DNA from: the human T2T-CHM13v2.0 reference genome, Homo sapiens
Reading direction: 5' to 3' (one strand)
NCBI RefSeq assembly: GCF_009914755.1
Contig: NC_060932.1
DNA length: 64,000 nucleotides
Below, piece by piece: positions 1 through 15,722 of this stretch. Each line of letters begins with the position of its first letter. Position 1 is the stretch's first letter. The translations under genes and the position numbers were made by a program. The notes beneath the pieces were generated by a model, which was not told the DNA's origin, did no database searches, and worked only from the letters and a program-made list of their open reading frames with translations.

Positions 1-1324
1 ACAGTGGTAAGCATAGAGTGTACTGAACTGTATAGACCAGTACAAATCTTCTGAGTCTTTGGGGACTCTTTCTGGCCTGAAATAAAAATGTTTTAGACAC
101 AAATGATTCAGCCAGGAATAAACCTCTGCTCCTGAACTTCAATGTCTCATTAATTCTTGAACATTTCAAGGTTTTTAACATCCAAACTCAATAAAAAAGC
201 TGTTATTTTCTGTTATTTTCAGGTCAAGACATAAATGATAATACTAGTTCCAAAGAGCTTTCCAATTTGAAACTATTTATAGTTCAAATTTTTATTTTCA
301 TAAGAAATTCTGAATTTCAAATTGCATGATAAATTCACAGGTAATATCTGCTTCACAGATAAGTCATAATACGAGAGGGTTCAGCTTATTGGATGTGATC
401 TTAGCAACTCAGACTGCCTAACACTAAAGCAAACAAAATATGGTTGCAAAATTTGATCCAAAATAAGACGCTTATACAGCTCAAAACATAGTATTCAATG
501 TCAGAGCAAGCTTGGCTCTGGTCTGGCAATTATCAATTTTTGAAATGTATGAGGACAGATAAGGTTACTCCAGTGCTGTAAGTAACAGTCAGCAAGAAGT
601 TCACGTCTAGGAGACTAGGAGTACTTAGAGCTAGGTAAGTTAATGACCGCATTGTAAAGTGTGACAATCTGCTCATTCACTACACAACTCCAGTCTTTGG
701 CTGTGAAGTGTCATCCTTCATACCTTCACTGGCTGAAATGATCCATTCCTCTAGGAGGACACTGACAAGAATTAGGCCATATCAGTCCTAATATCAGATC
801 CTTATTCAAATAGGTTAATACTTAAGCAATCCTCTAGTCCTGGAGGAGACTATGTTAGGGAAAGAAAATGAGTTCTCAAGACTAAGTAGGTATTTCAGGA
901 TACCAAAATGCTCAGGTGCTAAGCCCTAATCTCTTGGGAGCCGGAGTTACTGGAAGGCCTTGGAACAAAAGCACATAGTAGCTTAACCAAATGTGGCTTA
1001 GTTTTTATGCTTCACATGAAGTTAGGAAGTACATAGTCCAGGCTTGGTGCATCTGCTCACGTGTGCCCTCAAAAATTCAGTTGCCTTCCATCTTTCTAAT
1101 CTGCCGTTCCCAAAGTGGATCTTTTCTCCTCATGGTCACAAAATGCCTGCCTATTCTATCCATATTCCTGGCAGGATGACTGGCTTTTTTATTCATGAAC
1201 AAAAAGCCATCTCCAATATTTTATTATCTGTACTTCAAATATGGCTCTATTATCCTATTTTCCTTAACAATGATACGTAGTCTAATTATAGATATTATTT
1301 TACATTTTTCAAAATGTAGCCTAA

Positions 1325-1771
<447 letters not shown>

Positions 1772-2689
1772 TGATTAATAAACAGGAAGAAAAGAAAGGC
1801 AAATGCTACCATTTCGTGTGGGATATTCATGATGAAAAGTCACCTTCAAATATGGCATTCAAGAAAAGTGATAGTAGCATATGGTAACTCTTCTAGGCTA
1901 ATGTGTGATTTAAAATTCAGGGTTTAAAGGTATATTGGTTTGAGGACAAAGAGAATCCTTTTGGAACATTGAGACACTGGAAAAACAATACGACTCCCCT
2001 CTGCTTCCAGAAGAGTGGATTACAGAATGGAAACAGAGGAAACAAAATTATTCAACACTATCCTTAGTCACTTTGCCATAAACGGTAGGAGAAGACAAAA
2101 CAAAACATCCAGTCTTGTATTCATAGCTGTTTCCCTCACAGGTGGTATCCTTTGATTTAGCTTTATTGAGAGTTAGAGGAGACATTGGCTGCACAGTCGA
2201 GCAGCAGTGCTGATCCAGTCAGCTCTGGAGGCCAAGGCCATATGATAGCCAACAAAATGGAAAATATGGTAAGAGTGTTTCTGCTGAAAGCAACCAACCT
2301 GATGAAATAAATGTTTCAAGACATAAGCTAGTTAACATAAGAATCACATAGCAGCAAATGTGAAGGACATATTCCATGAGGCAAAGATAAAACACTATTA
2401 GCTAAATGGTAGAACATTTTAGGGATGAAAATTTTATACATGTCATATTTTTCATTGGACTGACTAAAAAATGTTATATCAAGATAGTTCAAGTTAATGT
2501 AAACTTATAGTTTTATTGTGATGTTTTGAATGAAATAGCATGTATAAGACAATTATATACAATCTTTGACTATTAGTGAATATACAACAAACGGCGGTTA
2601 TAATTAATATTTTATAGAGTAGAAATTATAAGCATCTTTATAAAGTTTTTCACATCCATTCTGATTACTTAAACTGGTCCTCTTCTCTT

Positions 2690-3960
<1,271 letters not shown>

Positions 3961-5852
3961 CTTTTTTTTCTTTCTATACTACAGTTTTGACTTCTATTAA
4001 CCTATATTTAAGTTTACTGATTTTCCTGCTATTCTGTGAAATATGTTTCATAGTAGCTGCCTAAGACATTGTATTTGTCAGCCCAGTCTCCATTTTCTAT
4101 GCTGCCAGAGGGCTGATGGTTTTGACTATATCGTAAGTTGGATTGTGTCAGGATTTGGTCACAATAGCTCCCAAAGCATTATGATAGTGAATTTAGGCTC
4201 TTCCTTCAGGAGAGTCCTAGAACCAGACACTATGATATTGCTAGATCTCAAAACTGCTTGACCTTGAGCCTGTTAGACCTTGAACTTGTGAGATCCTGAG
4301 ATTCTGAGACCATCTGTTTAACAGGCTGAGATTTCCATATTACAAGGTGTGGGATTTCAAGACCGGAAGGCTGTGAGACTGTGAGATCTTGTTACTATGA
4401 GACTGCAAGACAACAGCCTTTGTAATTAAGGAGTCAAGGACTGAGAGACTTAGTGACAGCGAGAAGATCAAACAAGAGACTTTGACATCTCCAGGTATCA
4501 AAATTGTGATACTGTGAAGACAGAGAGCTCTTTCTGCTTTCCAATCTTGTCCCTAGCCTCTGATTATTCAGCAAATTTTTAAAAACTAATTATTTTGCAG
4601 AGAGCATTATCTTTGAGTTTCAGCTTCCTCCAGATTAAAACCTGACACATTAGCCCACAGGTTTGTCACAAGTTTGACTGTTTCCTCTGAAGTAAAACCA
4701 AGATTTTGTTCTCCAGAAGCCTAGTTCACTGCTTGCCCCCACCTTCTCCCACATCCCCAACTTCACCAGTGGATCTTCAGTGTGAAAATTTCCTCTATCT
4801 TTTCCATCTTCATTGCCAAAGAGCCCATCCTCTGAGTTCAATGCCTTTAGGTTTTAGGTATCTTTATGCCCAGATCGCTTTAAAGAAAATATGTATATGA
4901 ATATCTACATGTACATCTATATCTATTTATCAATCTGTCTTTCTGCATATACAGATATTTAAGCAATAATTTCTTGTTGTTTCAATGGGAGTAAAGGTAT
5001 TTCATATTGTCTACATCCTAACTAGATGTGGAAATCTAGAAGTTATTAGATTAGAACTACCGACCTGTTTGGAAAATGTGTCTATTTGTTCCCAGGCTTT
5101 CAGAGGGAGTCCCATTATATTAATAGTTGAGACAGATTTCATCAGAGAAAATGACAGATACTTTTTGGTTATTTAAGTTGGGCTTCCCTTGTCTATGTAG
5201 TGAATGATGACTGATCAGTAAGCCCACTCTGCACTTCAAGCATAAGAATTTTAGCATTGTAGTTCTGTCAATGGAATCGATCTCTAATTTAAAACCCAGG
5301 CTAGTATATTTCCTACGTCATTTCTTCTGTCATTTCAACTGATCATTGGATAAAAAGAAAAACTCAAAACGTATGCTCAGAATATAGGAAATGAGCACTG
5401 TGTTGTTGAGAAAAGAGAGAAATTTAATTCCTGCATCTGGACAGAGCTATTAGTGTAATTACTGACAGGGAAAGACTTTAGAAAGGTAATAGGAGAAAAT
5501 AGAAGGTCATTCCTGAGATTTCTTATAAATCATTTTTCAATTCACAGCATAAAATATTGTATTATGTATCTTTTGGACATGACAAAATATCAGAGTCAGA
5601 TGTCCGCAAGAGGCCATGCTAAACAATTTAATTCTCACTCTCCTCTGCTTATCATTTTCAATGTCCATAATAGTGACATCCAAGAAGAAAAATTACAGGT
5701 TTATGTTGAGTATCCCCTAAATATTAGTTCCAGAAGCAATATGGCATATCCAGTGTCCTAGACTTTATTTTAGGGTGTCAATTTATGTATAGTCTTTTCT
5801 GTTTCTAATTTACTAAAATTTCTGAAAAAAAAAATCCAATTTTAAGACTGCC

Positions 5853-6150
5853 AGCTGGGCACAGTGGCTCACGCCTGTAATCCCAGCACTTTGGGAGGCT
5901 GAGGCGGGCAGATCATCCTGAGGTCAGAAGTTCAAGACCAGCCTGGCCAACATGGTGAAACTCGTCTCTACTAAAAATACAAAAATTAGCCGGGGGTGGT
6001 GGCATGCTCTTGTAATCCCAGCTACTTAGAAGGCTGAGGCAGGAGAATCACTTGAACCCAGGAGGCAGAGATTGCAGTGAACTGAGATCGTGCCACTGCA
6101 CTCCTGCCTGGGCAACAGAAGGAGATTCCATCTCAAGAAAAAAAAAAAAA
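5853..6150 (+). mobile_element. AluSx/Sz-like
   Basis: Full dimer with CCTGAGGTCAG.AGTTC.AGACCAGCCTGGCCAACATGG and poly(A) tail. Confidence 0.92.
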
Positions 6151-9100
6151 TTGTCGACAAGGACAGCTTTTTAATATACAGAAGCTATCAACAGTCTAAT
6201 ATATTCATTAAATATTGGAACATTTAAGACTTATATTCCTAAAATTAAAACATATGATAGACATTTTGACTTTTAAATTGGCTGTAGAGTAGGCTAATGC
6301 ACATGAAACTTTCCCCACCCCAACCCTTTCAGGTTTAAGGAAAGATACAAACATGCACAAATAAATCAGTCTTCTGGGGATAAATTCAGATTTTCTAATG
6401 ATTTGGGATTTTCAACCTTCTACAGTTTGACTTTTTGACAAATACTAGGCATACTTTTTTTTCTAAGTAAAACTACTTGATTTCTGAATTTTCATAGTTG
6501 TAGAATATCGTTACAAATGAAACACATACAAAAAAAGAAAATATTATTTTATTATTATATCTTATCCTTGAAGGATAAATGTAATGACAAAAACATCTCT
6601 TAACTTCTGAGAAAAGGTAAGTGAATTTGAGAAAAATGGAAAACATAGGTGATAGAATTTCACTGACAAATATTTGGTGAGTCAGGTTTTATTCTGAAAT
6701 AATTTGACATAATGTCTGACAACTGAGCTGAATGATGTTTCAGTTGTATTTAATGTAATCTGGAGGCATAACTGTTTAATTTAAGGTGAATGAACAAGGA
6801 AAAAATATCCAAAATCAAAAGTCTTGGGTCTGGGCAAGATGGAATTACAAAGGCTGGATATAGTACCCCACTGAATCAACTAAAAGAAGAAAAATAATAG
6901 CTAAAATATAAGTAGTAATGTTTTCTAAGACACTGAACATTAGACAGTGGAGGACAGTGATGTTGAAAAATGGGAAACAAATGAGTCACACACTACTATT
7001 GGCCAACTCATTGCCATGAGTTTCCAGTCAATAGCACAGAAGCAGAAACCCACTGGGAGTCAGGCAGACTTTCTTAGCTGTGTAGAGGTAATCAGGAATC
7101 CAGGAGACCAAGTTTTTAGACTTCCTAAGACAGAGTAACAGAGAGGAGAGAGTTGCACACAGATAGAACTCTGAAGATCTACAGAAGCTTCCTCTTTAGT
7201 ATTCAGTAGAGGGCTGATTTGGCTCATGAATGAAATGAAATTACCTAAGATTGGGAAAAGAACCATGTAAATAGATTAGAAATAATCTATTATTATCTTT
7301 GTGGGCATAGAGCTTACAAAGGCCAGGAATACATGTCTGTTCCTATCAGCCAAAAAGGAAAAAAAAAAACAAACTGTTTTCAAGAAGTTAAATGCATCCC
7401 CAAAGTTCAAGAATATTAATTAGAATACAAATATGCCAAGCACCTAACAAGGTAAAGTTCATAATGCCTGGTGTCCAGCAAAAGATTACTGGCCACGCAA
7501 AGAAGCAGGAAAACATGGTCCATGATGAGGAAAAATAATAAATCAAAAATGACCCTGATCTGACACAGATGTTAGAATTAGCAGACAAGGAATTTAAAAT
7601 AGTCACAAAACTGTATTTCATAGGTTACAAAAGTTAGGTAAAGACATGGAAAATATTAAAAGACTGAAATAGAACTTCTGCAAATGAAAATTACTATCTC
7701 AGAGACAGAAATAAACACATTAATGGCAAATTAGATATTATAGAAGAAAAGAGTAATGATCTTGAACACAAGACAATAGAAATTATCAAAAACAGCAAGG
7801 AAAAAACATTAAAAATTTAAAAAGCATCAGTAAGTTGAGGCCTAATATATGCATAATTGGAAGCCTAATATATACATAATTGGAATCCAGAAAGGAAAGG
7901 AGAGTGGGACAATAATGTTAATCGAATACTTTTACAAAATTCTAAAAAGTCTAAATTTGGTGAAAACTATAAATCAGAGATCCATAAATCTTAATCTCAA
8001 GCGCAAGAAATATGAGGAAACTACACTATGGCACTTTATAATCAAGTTGCACAAAACTACTAAAAATAAGACAATCTTAAAATCAATTAAAAAATTGTGT
8101 ATATGAAGGAACCAAGATAAGTATAGCAGTTTTTCATCCTAAGTAATACAAATACAAAGAGAGTGGAACAACTTATTTAAAGTGTGAAAAGGATTATCAA
8201 TCTAGAATTATATGCCCAATGAATTTATCCTTCAAAAACAAAGGTGATACTGTTGCATCACGAGGTCCAAAAAAAAGGAAGTGGAATAAGAACTTTGACA
8301 GACATGCAACAGCTCAAAGAATTCATCACCAGCATACCCACACTATAAGAAACTTTAAAGTAAAAAAATATATAACTTCAAGTAAAAGTAAATCTAAATT
8401 AGAGCTGGATATTTCAATAACCCTCCCTAAAAAATTGATAGCACAAGTAGACATGTAGTATAGATGTGAATAACACTATCAATGGCCTAAATCTAACTGA
8501 TATTCATAGAACACTCTACTAAACAAGAGAGTATATATTATCTCTAGCACACATGGAATGTTTCCCAAGATAAACTATATACTAGGCCAAAAATAAGCAT
8601 AAAAGTGTAAAAGGATTCAATTCACATAAAGTACATTTTCTGATTACAATAAAATCAGAAAAAAGTAACAGAAAGATCACTAGAAAATCCCTAACTATGT
8701 GAACTAAATAACATATTGCTGACAAAACACAATAGCTCAAAGAAGAAATCAAAAGGAAAATAGAAGGTATTTTGAACTGAAGAAAGATACAACATATTAA
8801 AAGTGTGAGTTACTGCTAATACAGTACTTAAATGGGACATGTTGTCACTAAATCCCACATTATAAAAGAAGAAAGATCTTAAATCAATATTAGCTTCCAC
8901 TCTAAGAAACTAATGAAGGAAGAGCAACAGAAGTCCAAAGTAAGCAGACAAAGGGAAATAATAGAAAGTACAGTGGAAATTAATGAAATAGAAACAGAAA
9001 ATCAGTAGAGAAAGATAAACAAACCTTAATGCTCATTCTTTGAGAATATCAATGAAACTGATAAACCTTGAAGTGGAATGAGAGAGAGAGAGAATGAGTG

Positions 9101-9401
9101 CAAATTAGCAATATCAAGAATAGCAGTAATCACTACAGATTCTAAAGATTTGAAGATCATTAACAACTTCATACCTATAAATTTGACAACTCAGATGAAA
9201 TGGATAAAATATGTGATAGACACAAGTTATAAGGCTAACTCAGAAAATTTAGGTAGCTTTATAAACATGTATCTATATCAATTTTGAAAATTGAGTTGGT
9301 AGTTAAAACTTCCCTTAAAGAAAATGCAATGCCCACATCGATATATTGGTAAATTCTACCAGACATTTAAAGAAGAAATAACATAAATCCTACACATCCT
9401 C

Positions 9402-9774
9402 TATATTAGTCTGTTTTCACGCTGCTGATAAAGACATACCCAAATACGAGATTGTGTCATATTTATAAAGGAAAAGAGGTTTAATGAACTCACAGTTCCA
9501 CATGGATGGGAGGCCTCACAATCATGGCAGAAGGTGAAAAGCACATCCGTCTTACAGAGCGGCAGGCAAGAGAGAATGAGAGCCAAGCCGAATGGGAAAT
9601 CCCTTATAAAACCATCAGATCTCATGAGACTTATTCACTACCATGAGAACAGTATGGGGCAAACTGCCCCCATGATTCAATTATCTCCCACTGGGTCCCT
9701 CCCACAACACATGGGAATTATGGGAGCTACAATTAAAGATGAGATTTGGGTGGGGACACAGCCAAACCATATCA
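9402..9774 (-). mobile_element. THE1-family (MaLR) solo LTR
   Basis: TATTAGTCTGTTTTCACGCTGCTGATAAAGACATACC...GACACAGCCAAACCATATCA is the reverse of the THE1 termini; 5-bp TSD-like TCCTC/TACTC. Confidence 0.9.
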
Positions 9775-10231
9775 TACTCCTTGAAAAAAGTAAAGGGAAT
9801 ATTCCCAACTCATTTCATGAGGCCAGTATTACTCTGATACCAAAACTAGGCTATACTGCAAGGGGGAAAAACAGTAATAGATTAATAACCCTCAGGAACA
9901 TGAATGTAAACAAACAAAATTTTAGCAGATTGAAATCAAAGACATACTAAAAGCATAATACATCATGTCTAAGAGGGATTTATCACAAGAATGCATGGTT
10001 AGTTTATCATTGAAAAGCAATCAGTGTAATGAACTACATTAACCACAGAAGAAAGAAAAACATATGATTATCTCAAGATGAAAAAAAGAGCGTTTCACAA
10101 AACACAAAATTCATTCCTTAGAAAATAACCCTTAGCAAACTACGAATATAAAAAAGTTTCCTCGGCTTTACAAAGGATATAAATGAAATGCCTACAGCCA
10201 ACATCATATTTAATTATGAAAGACTGAATAG

Positions 10232-10528
10232 GGCCGAGCAAGGTGGTTCACGCCTGTAATCCCAGCACTTTGGGAGGCTGAGGTGGGTGGATCACAAGGT
10301 CAGGAGATCGAGACCATCCTGGCTAACACGGTGAAACCCTGTCTCTACTAAAAATACAAAAAATTAGCCAGGCGTGGTGGTGGGTGCCTGTAGTCCCAGC
10401 TACTCAGAAGACTGAGGCAGGGGAATTGCTTGAACTGGGAGGCAGAGGTTGCAGTGAGCCGAGATCATGCAACTGCACTCCAGCCTGGGCGACAGAGCAA
10501 GACTCTGTCTCAAAAAAAAAAAAAAAAA
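10232..10528 (+). mobile_element. AluSc8/AluY-like
   Basis: GAGATCGAGACCATCCTGGCTAACACGGTG left arm with an S-type right arm; perfect TSD AAAGACTGAATAG. Confidence 0.92.
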
Positions 10529-10658
10529 GACTGAATAGTTTTCCCCTAAAATGAGAAATGAGATGATGACATCCACTCACAACATCGCTAATCAACATTT
10601 TTTTGAGATTCTAGCAAGTACAACAAGTAAAGATGAAGAAATGAAAGGCATATAGTTA

Positions 10659-10965
<307 letters not shown>

Positions 10966-12005
10966 AGGAAGAAATAAAACTGTTGTTATTCATAGACAAC
11001 CTAACCATCTAAATAGAAAATCCAATGGAATCTACCAAAACCTACTAGAACTGATAGGTATTTTAGCAGCTTGCAGGATATGAAATCAGTATATGAAATA
11101 ATTATATTTTTATATCCTAGCAATGAACAATCAGGAATTAAATTAAATAGACAATACTAATTTAAATAGCATCAAAAATGAAACGCCTGAGGATAAAATC
11201 TGACAAAGTTGTGCTACCCCTGTATGCTGAAAACAAGAAAACATTGAGAGTAATTAAAGAAAACCTAACCAAATAGTTAAAAAAATATGTAGTATTTGTG
11301 AGTCAAAAGATGCAACATTATTAAATTGTAATTATTTCCAACTTGATCTATAAACCAAATTTAATCCCAATAAAAGTCCCAGAAGGTCTTTTTGTAGCAA
11401 CTTAGTAAACTGATTCTAAAACGTATGTGGAAGAGCAAAGAATATACAAAAAGTAAAACAACTCTGATAAAGAAAAACAAAGTTGGAGAACTAAGACTAT
11501 CTGATTTAAGTTTTAGTATAAAGTTACAGTAATTAAAGTAATATTAGTATAAATATAAGCAAATTGATAAATCAGATACAATCAAGAGTCCAGAAAATAG
11601 AGCCACAAACATATGGACAAATGATTTCAAGAAATGTAACAAAGATCATATAGGCAGACAGGATTGTCTTTTCTATAAATGTTGCTAAAATAATTGGATA
11701 TTCACATAAAAATGAATTTTTCACCATATGTCATAAGATATGTAAAAAAACCCAAATATATTGTGAACCTAAAGGAAATGCTGAACACATTAAAACATTT
11801 AGAAGAAAGTATAAAATAAAATGTGACTTTGGGTTAGGCAAAGATTTCTTAGATATGCCATTGAAAGTAAAACTTATAAAATAAAAAATTGATAAACTGG
11901 ACAACCAAATTTTCTGACTTCTTTTCTTTGAAAGATGCCATTAGGACAATGAAAGGAAAACCAGACTGAAAAAATTTGCAAAGCATGTATCTGATTAAAG
12001 TTTAA

Positions 12006-12612
12006 TGTTATATACTGATTTGTGTTCTCCCCAAAATTTCATGTTGAAATCCTAATCCCCAATATGACTGTATTTGGAGATACAGCCTTTAAAAAGGTAA
12101 CTGGCTGGGCACAGTAGCTCACTCCTGTAATCCCAGCACTTTGGGAGGCTGAGTGGGAAGGATCATTTGAGCTCAAGAATTTGAGACCAGCCTGGACAAC
12201 AAAGTGAGACTTCATCTCTACTAAAAAAAACTAAAAAATATATATAGCTGGGCACCATGCCTGTAGTTCCAGCTACTCAGGAGGCTGTGGTGGTGGATCA
12301 CTTTAGCCCCAGAGATGGAGGCCTCAGTGAGCTGTGTGGTACACTCCAGCCTTGGCAACAGAGGGAGGCCCTGTCTCAAAATTAATTAATTAAAGAGGTA
12401 AAGTTAAATGAGGTCTTAATGGGGAAGGCTAATCCAGTAGAACTGGTGTCCTTATAAGAAGAGGAAGAAACACCAAGAGAAAAAGCCATATCAGGACATA
12501 ATAAGAAGTACTGTCTGCAAGATGGGGAGAGATGCTTAACCAGAAACCAACCCTGATTACACTTTGACCTTGGCATTCTAGCCTCAAGAACAGTAAGAAA
12601 ATAAATTTCTAT
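12006..12612 (+). mobile_element. MLT1A/B-like MaLR LTR, split by AluJ, 3' end missing
   Basis: TGTTATA...CCCCAAAATTTCATGTTGAAATCCTAATCCCCAATATGACTGTATTTGGAGAT...CTGGTGTCCTTATAAGAAGAGG...AATAAATTTCT. Confidence 0.8.
12103..12390 (+). mobile_element. AluJ inside the MLT1 LTR
   Basis: Diverged Alu dimer; TSD-like AAAAAGGTAA/AAAGAGGTAA. Confidence 0.85.
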
Positions 12613-12914
12613 TGGTTCTCATTCCATCCCTAGGTATCTACCTGGGAATTTCAAATCCCTTAAAGACGGTGAGAATGGGTGGGAGCAGGGTGGAGAGTAG
12701 GAGCTGTGAGAATGCTCTCTCAGGTCTTTCTATCTGGCACATTATTCAGTCATTTCTATTCCAACATCTGGGCACCGTGTTAACCTTGTTGCCATATAGA
12801 CTCAGGTATCTCTAAAAGGCATGAGTGCTGAGAGGCAAAGAATAAAAATCCTGCTTTGTAATACCCTGATATTCTAAGAAGAAGCGCCTACTTTGTGATT
12901 CCCCTCTCCCTAAC

Positions 12915-13120
12915 AAAGAGGAGGAGACACCAGAGTTGCACATGTCCAGAGGAAAAGCAATGTGAAGACACAGTGAGAAGGCGGCCATCTGCACACCAAG
13001 GAGAGGGACCTCAGCAGAGACCAACATGCCCAATACCTTGATCATTGACTTCCCTCTCCACAACGAAGAGAAAATGAATTCCTCTTTTTTAGGCTACCCA
13101 GTCTGTTATGGTAGCAGCCA
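12915..13120 (+). mobile_element. MaLR LTR 3' half (MST/MLT1A-like)
   Basis: GTGAAGACACAGTGAGAAGGCGGCCATCTGCA...ACCTTGATC...GACTTCC...CCCAGTCTGTTATGGTAGCAGCC. Confidence 0.75.
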
Positions 13121-13576
13121 GAACATGTAAAGAACTCTTAAAAGTCAATAATAAAAAAGAAATAACCCATTTTTTAAATGGGCCAAAGATTTGAATAATT
13201 TACCAAAGAAGATATAGGATGGCAAATAAGCATGTTTTTAAAAACCTTCAATATCATTAGTCATTAGAGAAATGCAAATTAGAACTATAGTGAAATACTA
13301 CTACAAATTCATTAGAATGGCTAAACATTAAAAATACTCACCATACCAAATTTTGATGAGGATGTAGACAAAATGGAACTTGCATACACTACTGGTGGGT
13401 ATATAAAATGTTACAATCACTTTGGAAAACAGCTTGGCAACCTCTTGAAAAATTAAACACCTAACATATGATCCTGGCATTTCACTTCTATGTATTTACT
13501 CAGAAGAAATAACGCCTATGTTCATACAAACACCTGATGTAATTTTTTAAAATATCAGCTTTATTTGTAATGGCCC

Positions 13577-13820
13577 TGTGATGGACTAAATGTTTGTGCC
13601 CCGCTAAAATTCATATGCTGAACCTCTAATCCCAATGTGACAGTACATGGAGGTAGGGCTTTTGGAAGGTAATTAGGTCATGAGAGTGGAGTCTAGATTA
13701 ATGGGATTAGTGACCTTAGAAGAGGGCAGAGAGCTGGCTAACTCTCCTGTAATTGAGTATATGACAAGAAGTCAGCAGTCTGTAGCCAAGAAGAGGTCCC
13801 TGGTCAGAACTCTAGCCCTT
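13577..13820 (+). mobile_element. MLT1A-like LTR 5' part
   Basis: TGTGATGGACTAAATGTTTGTGCCCC...AAAATTCATATG...GGTAATTAGGTCATGAG...AATGGGATTAGTG. Confidence 0.8.
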
Positions 13821-14155
13821 TATTCTTATACAGAGTTTTAAAAAATACTTTACCATTGACCCCACTATTTATTTTTGTTGCTCTTCTCATTTATAGTACC
13901 AAAGATTTAAAATTAATTTTAAAATAATTGTTTTGAAATACAGTTAAATGAGAAGCTATCATTATAATGTCTCATATCTCCTCCAGGTTTGACCAGCAAC
14001 TTGTCACTTCTTTTTACAGTCTGCTAATCCCACTATATGTTATGATATGTGAAACTGGTAAGTGCTAATATAATGTCACAAGGTGCTTTGTAGCAATGAA
14101 AGTGAACGATGCATGAACCAGAGCTCATATAGATATGAGACTTTTTCCACAGGTG

Positions 14156-14187
<32 letters not shown>
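14156..14187. repeat. (TA)n microsatellite
   Basis: About 16 TA units. Confidence 0.95.
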
Positions 14188-14190
<3 letters not shown>

Positions 14191-14313
14191 CACAGATAAT
14201 TCATTCTCTTAACTAAAACATGAGACACCATGAAATAACTTTATTCATTCTGTCCTCTATCCATTTACTAAACAAAACCAATTGAACCAACAGTAGCTAA
14301 CTAACCAACTAAT

Positions 14314-14365
14314 CACACACACACACACACACAGTCACACAGACACACACACACACCCACACACA
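14314..14365. repeat. Interrupted (CA)n microsatellite
   Basis: CA run with GT, GA and CC interruptions. Confidence 0.9.
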
Positions 14366-15215
14366 AATTGTATTTTACTGTGGTATCACAGTGATTGTGA
14401 AGATGCAGAGATAAATGGCAATTATTTTGGTTTTAAAATTAATGTAATCTATTGGGTGTCTTGAGACAATTATCTCATATACATAATTCAAAAATCCTTC
14501 CAAGAGAGGACCAGAGCTACATGGAATTTTGAAAAAAAACATTTGAACAGCACAAACAAGCAAATAAAGATTTTATTGGATTTATTGACTCTTTTAAAAG
14601 TTAACTTGAAGTCCTATTGTATAAATTTTTTTACATGTTCTTCTTATACTCTGTTAAAGAAATGTTTGTTAATTCTTAATTTTCTCTTAGAGGATGAATG
14701 TATAGAACATTTTTTCAATGTAATTTTTAGAATTCAGTGTGATTTTGCCCTGTTTTTTATTATAATTCACAAATGAAAGTAAAAATTCAACACACATTAA
14801 GATTAGGCCACATTCAAGTTATTAACATTATTAAGCAAGCAGGATACTATCAGACTCATTAATTACTCCCTTCTTATTGAGATTAATCAGTTCAATCTGG
14901 GAATTGTATTCCAGGGAGGACTGCTGGCTTTTTCACACTTGATTGTATGAAACAGTTTATGTGAGCTAAGACTTTATGTAAAGAGTCCATGAAAATTGTA
15001 TTATTTAAAAATCCCAACAAATAAGTTTAAAGAAAAATTAAAAGCTGACTTAAATACCACCATCCCAAATCCCAAAGTAACTATTTTAAATATTGAACAT
15101 TAAATCATGAACACCATTTACATGTTTCATATATAAGTAAATATGTATATTCTTACATATGTGCATATTTTCTATATCTGTTATCAGTAGATGAATATAT
15201 ATACTTGATATTTGT

Positions 15216-15722
15216 TCATATACACATATAGAAAAAAAGATAAAGTAAAACTACTTTTAAAAAATGGAAGGTGGCTGTTCCAAGATGGCCGGATAGGAAC
15301 AGCTCCAGTCTACAGCTCCCAGTGTGAGCAATGCAGAAGAGGGGTGATTTCTGCATTTCCAACTGAGGTACCGGGTTCATCTCACTGGGGCTTGTCAGAC
15401 AGTGGGCGCAGGAGAGTAGGTGCAGCGCACCGAGCATGAGCCGAAGCAGGGTGAGGCATCGCCTCACCTGGGAAGCGCAAGGGGTCAGGGAATTCCCTTT
15501 CATAGCCAAGCAAAGCTGTGACAGACAGCACCTGGAAAATCGGATCACTCCCACCCTAATACTGTGCTTTTCCAATGGTCTTAGCAAATGGCACACCAGG
15601 AGATTATATCCTGCACCTGGCTCGGAGGGACCCACACCCAGGGAGCTTCGCTCATTGCTAGCACAGCAGTCTGAGATCGAACTGCAAGGTGGCAGCGAGG
15701 CTGGGGGAGGGGTGCCCACCAT
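15216..15722 (-). CDS. L1 ORF0 homolog with C-terminal extension (168 aa; expression unknown)
   Basis: MVGTPPPASLPPCSSISDCCASNERSSLGVGPSEPG matches the primate ORF0 N-terminus; the frame stays open to 15216. Confidence 0.5.
   Translation of the reverse strand: MVGTPPPASLPPCSSISDCCASNERSSLGVGPSEPGAGYNLLVCHLLRPLEKHSIRVGVIRFSRCCLSQLCLAMKGNSLTPCASQVRRCLTLLRLMLGALHLLSCAHCLTSPSEMNPVPQLEMQKSPLFCIAHTGSCRLELFLSGHLGTATFHFLKVVLLYLFFYMCI

Noticed and set aside
8246-8285. About 21-nt insert plus A-run inside old L1 ORF1, resembling a tiny retroposed RNA
   Set aside because: Too short and degenerate; no match to U2, U6 or Y RNA ends that I can recognise, and the TSD is unconvincing
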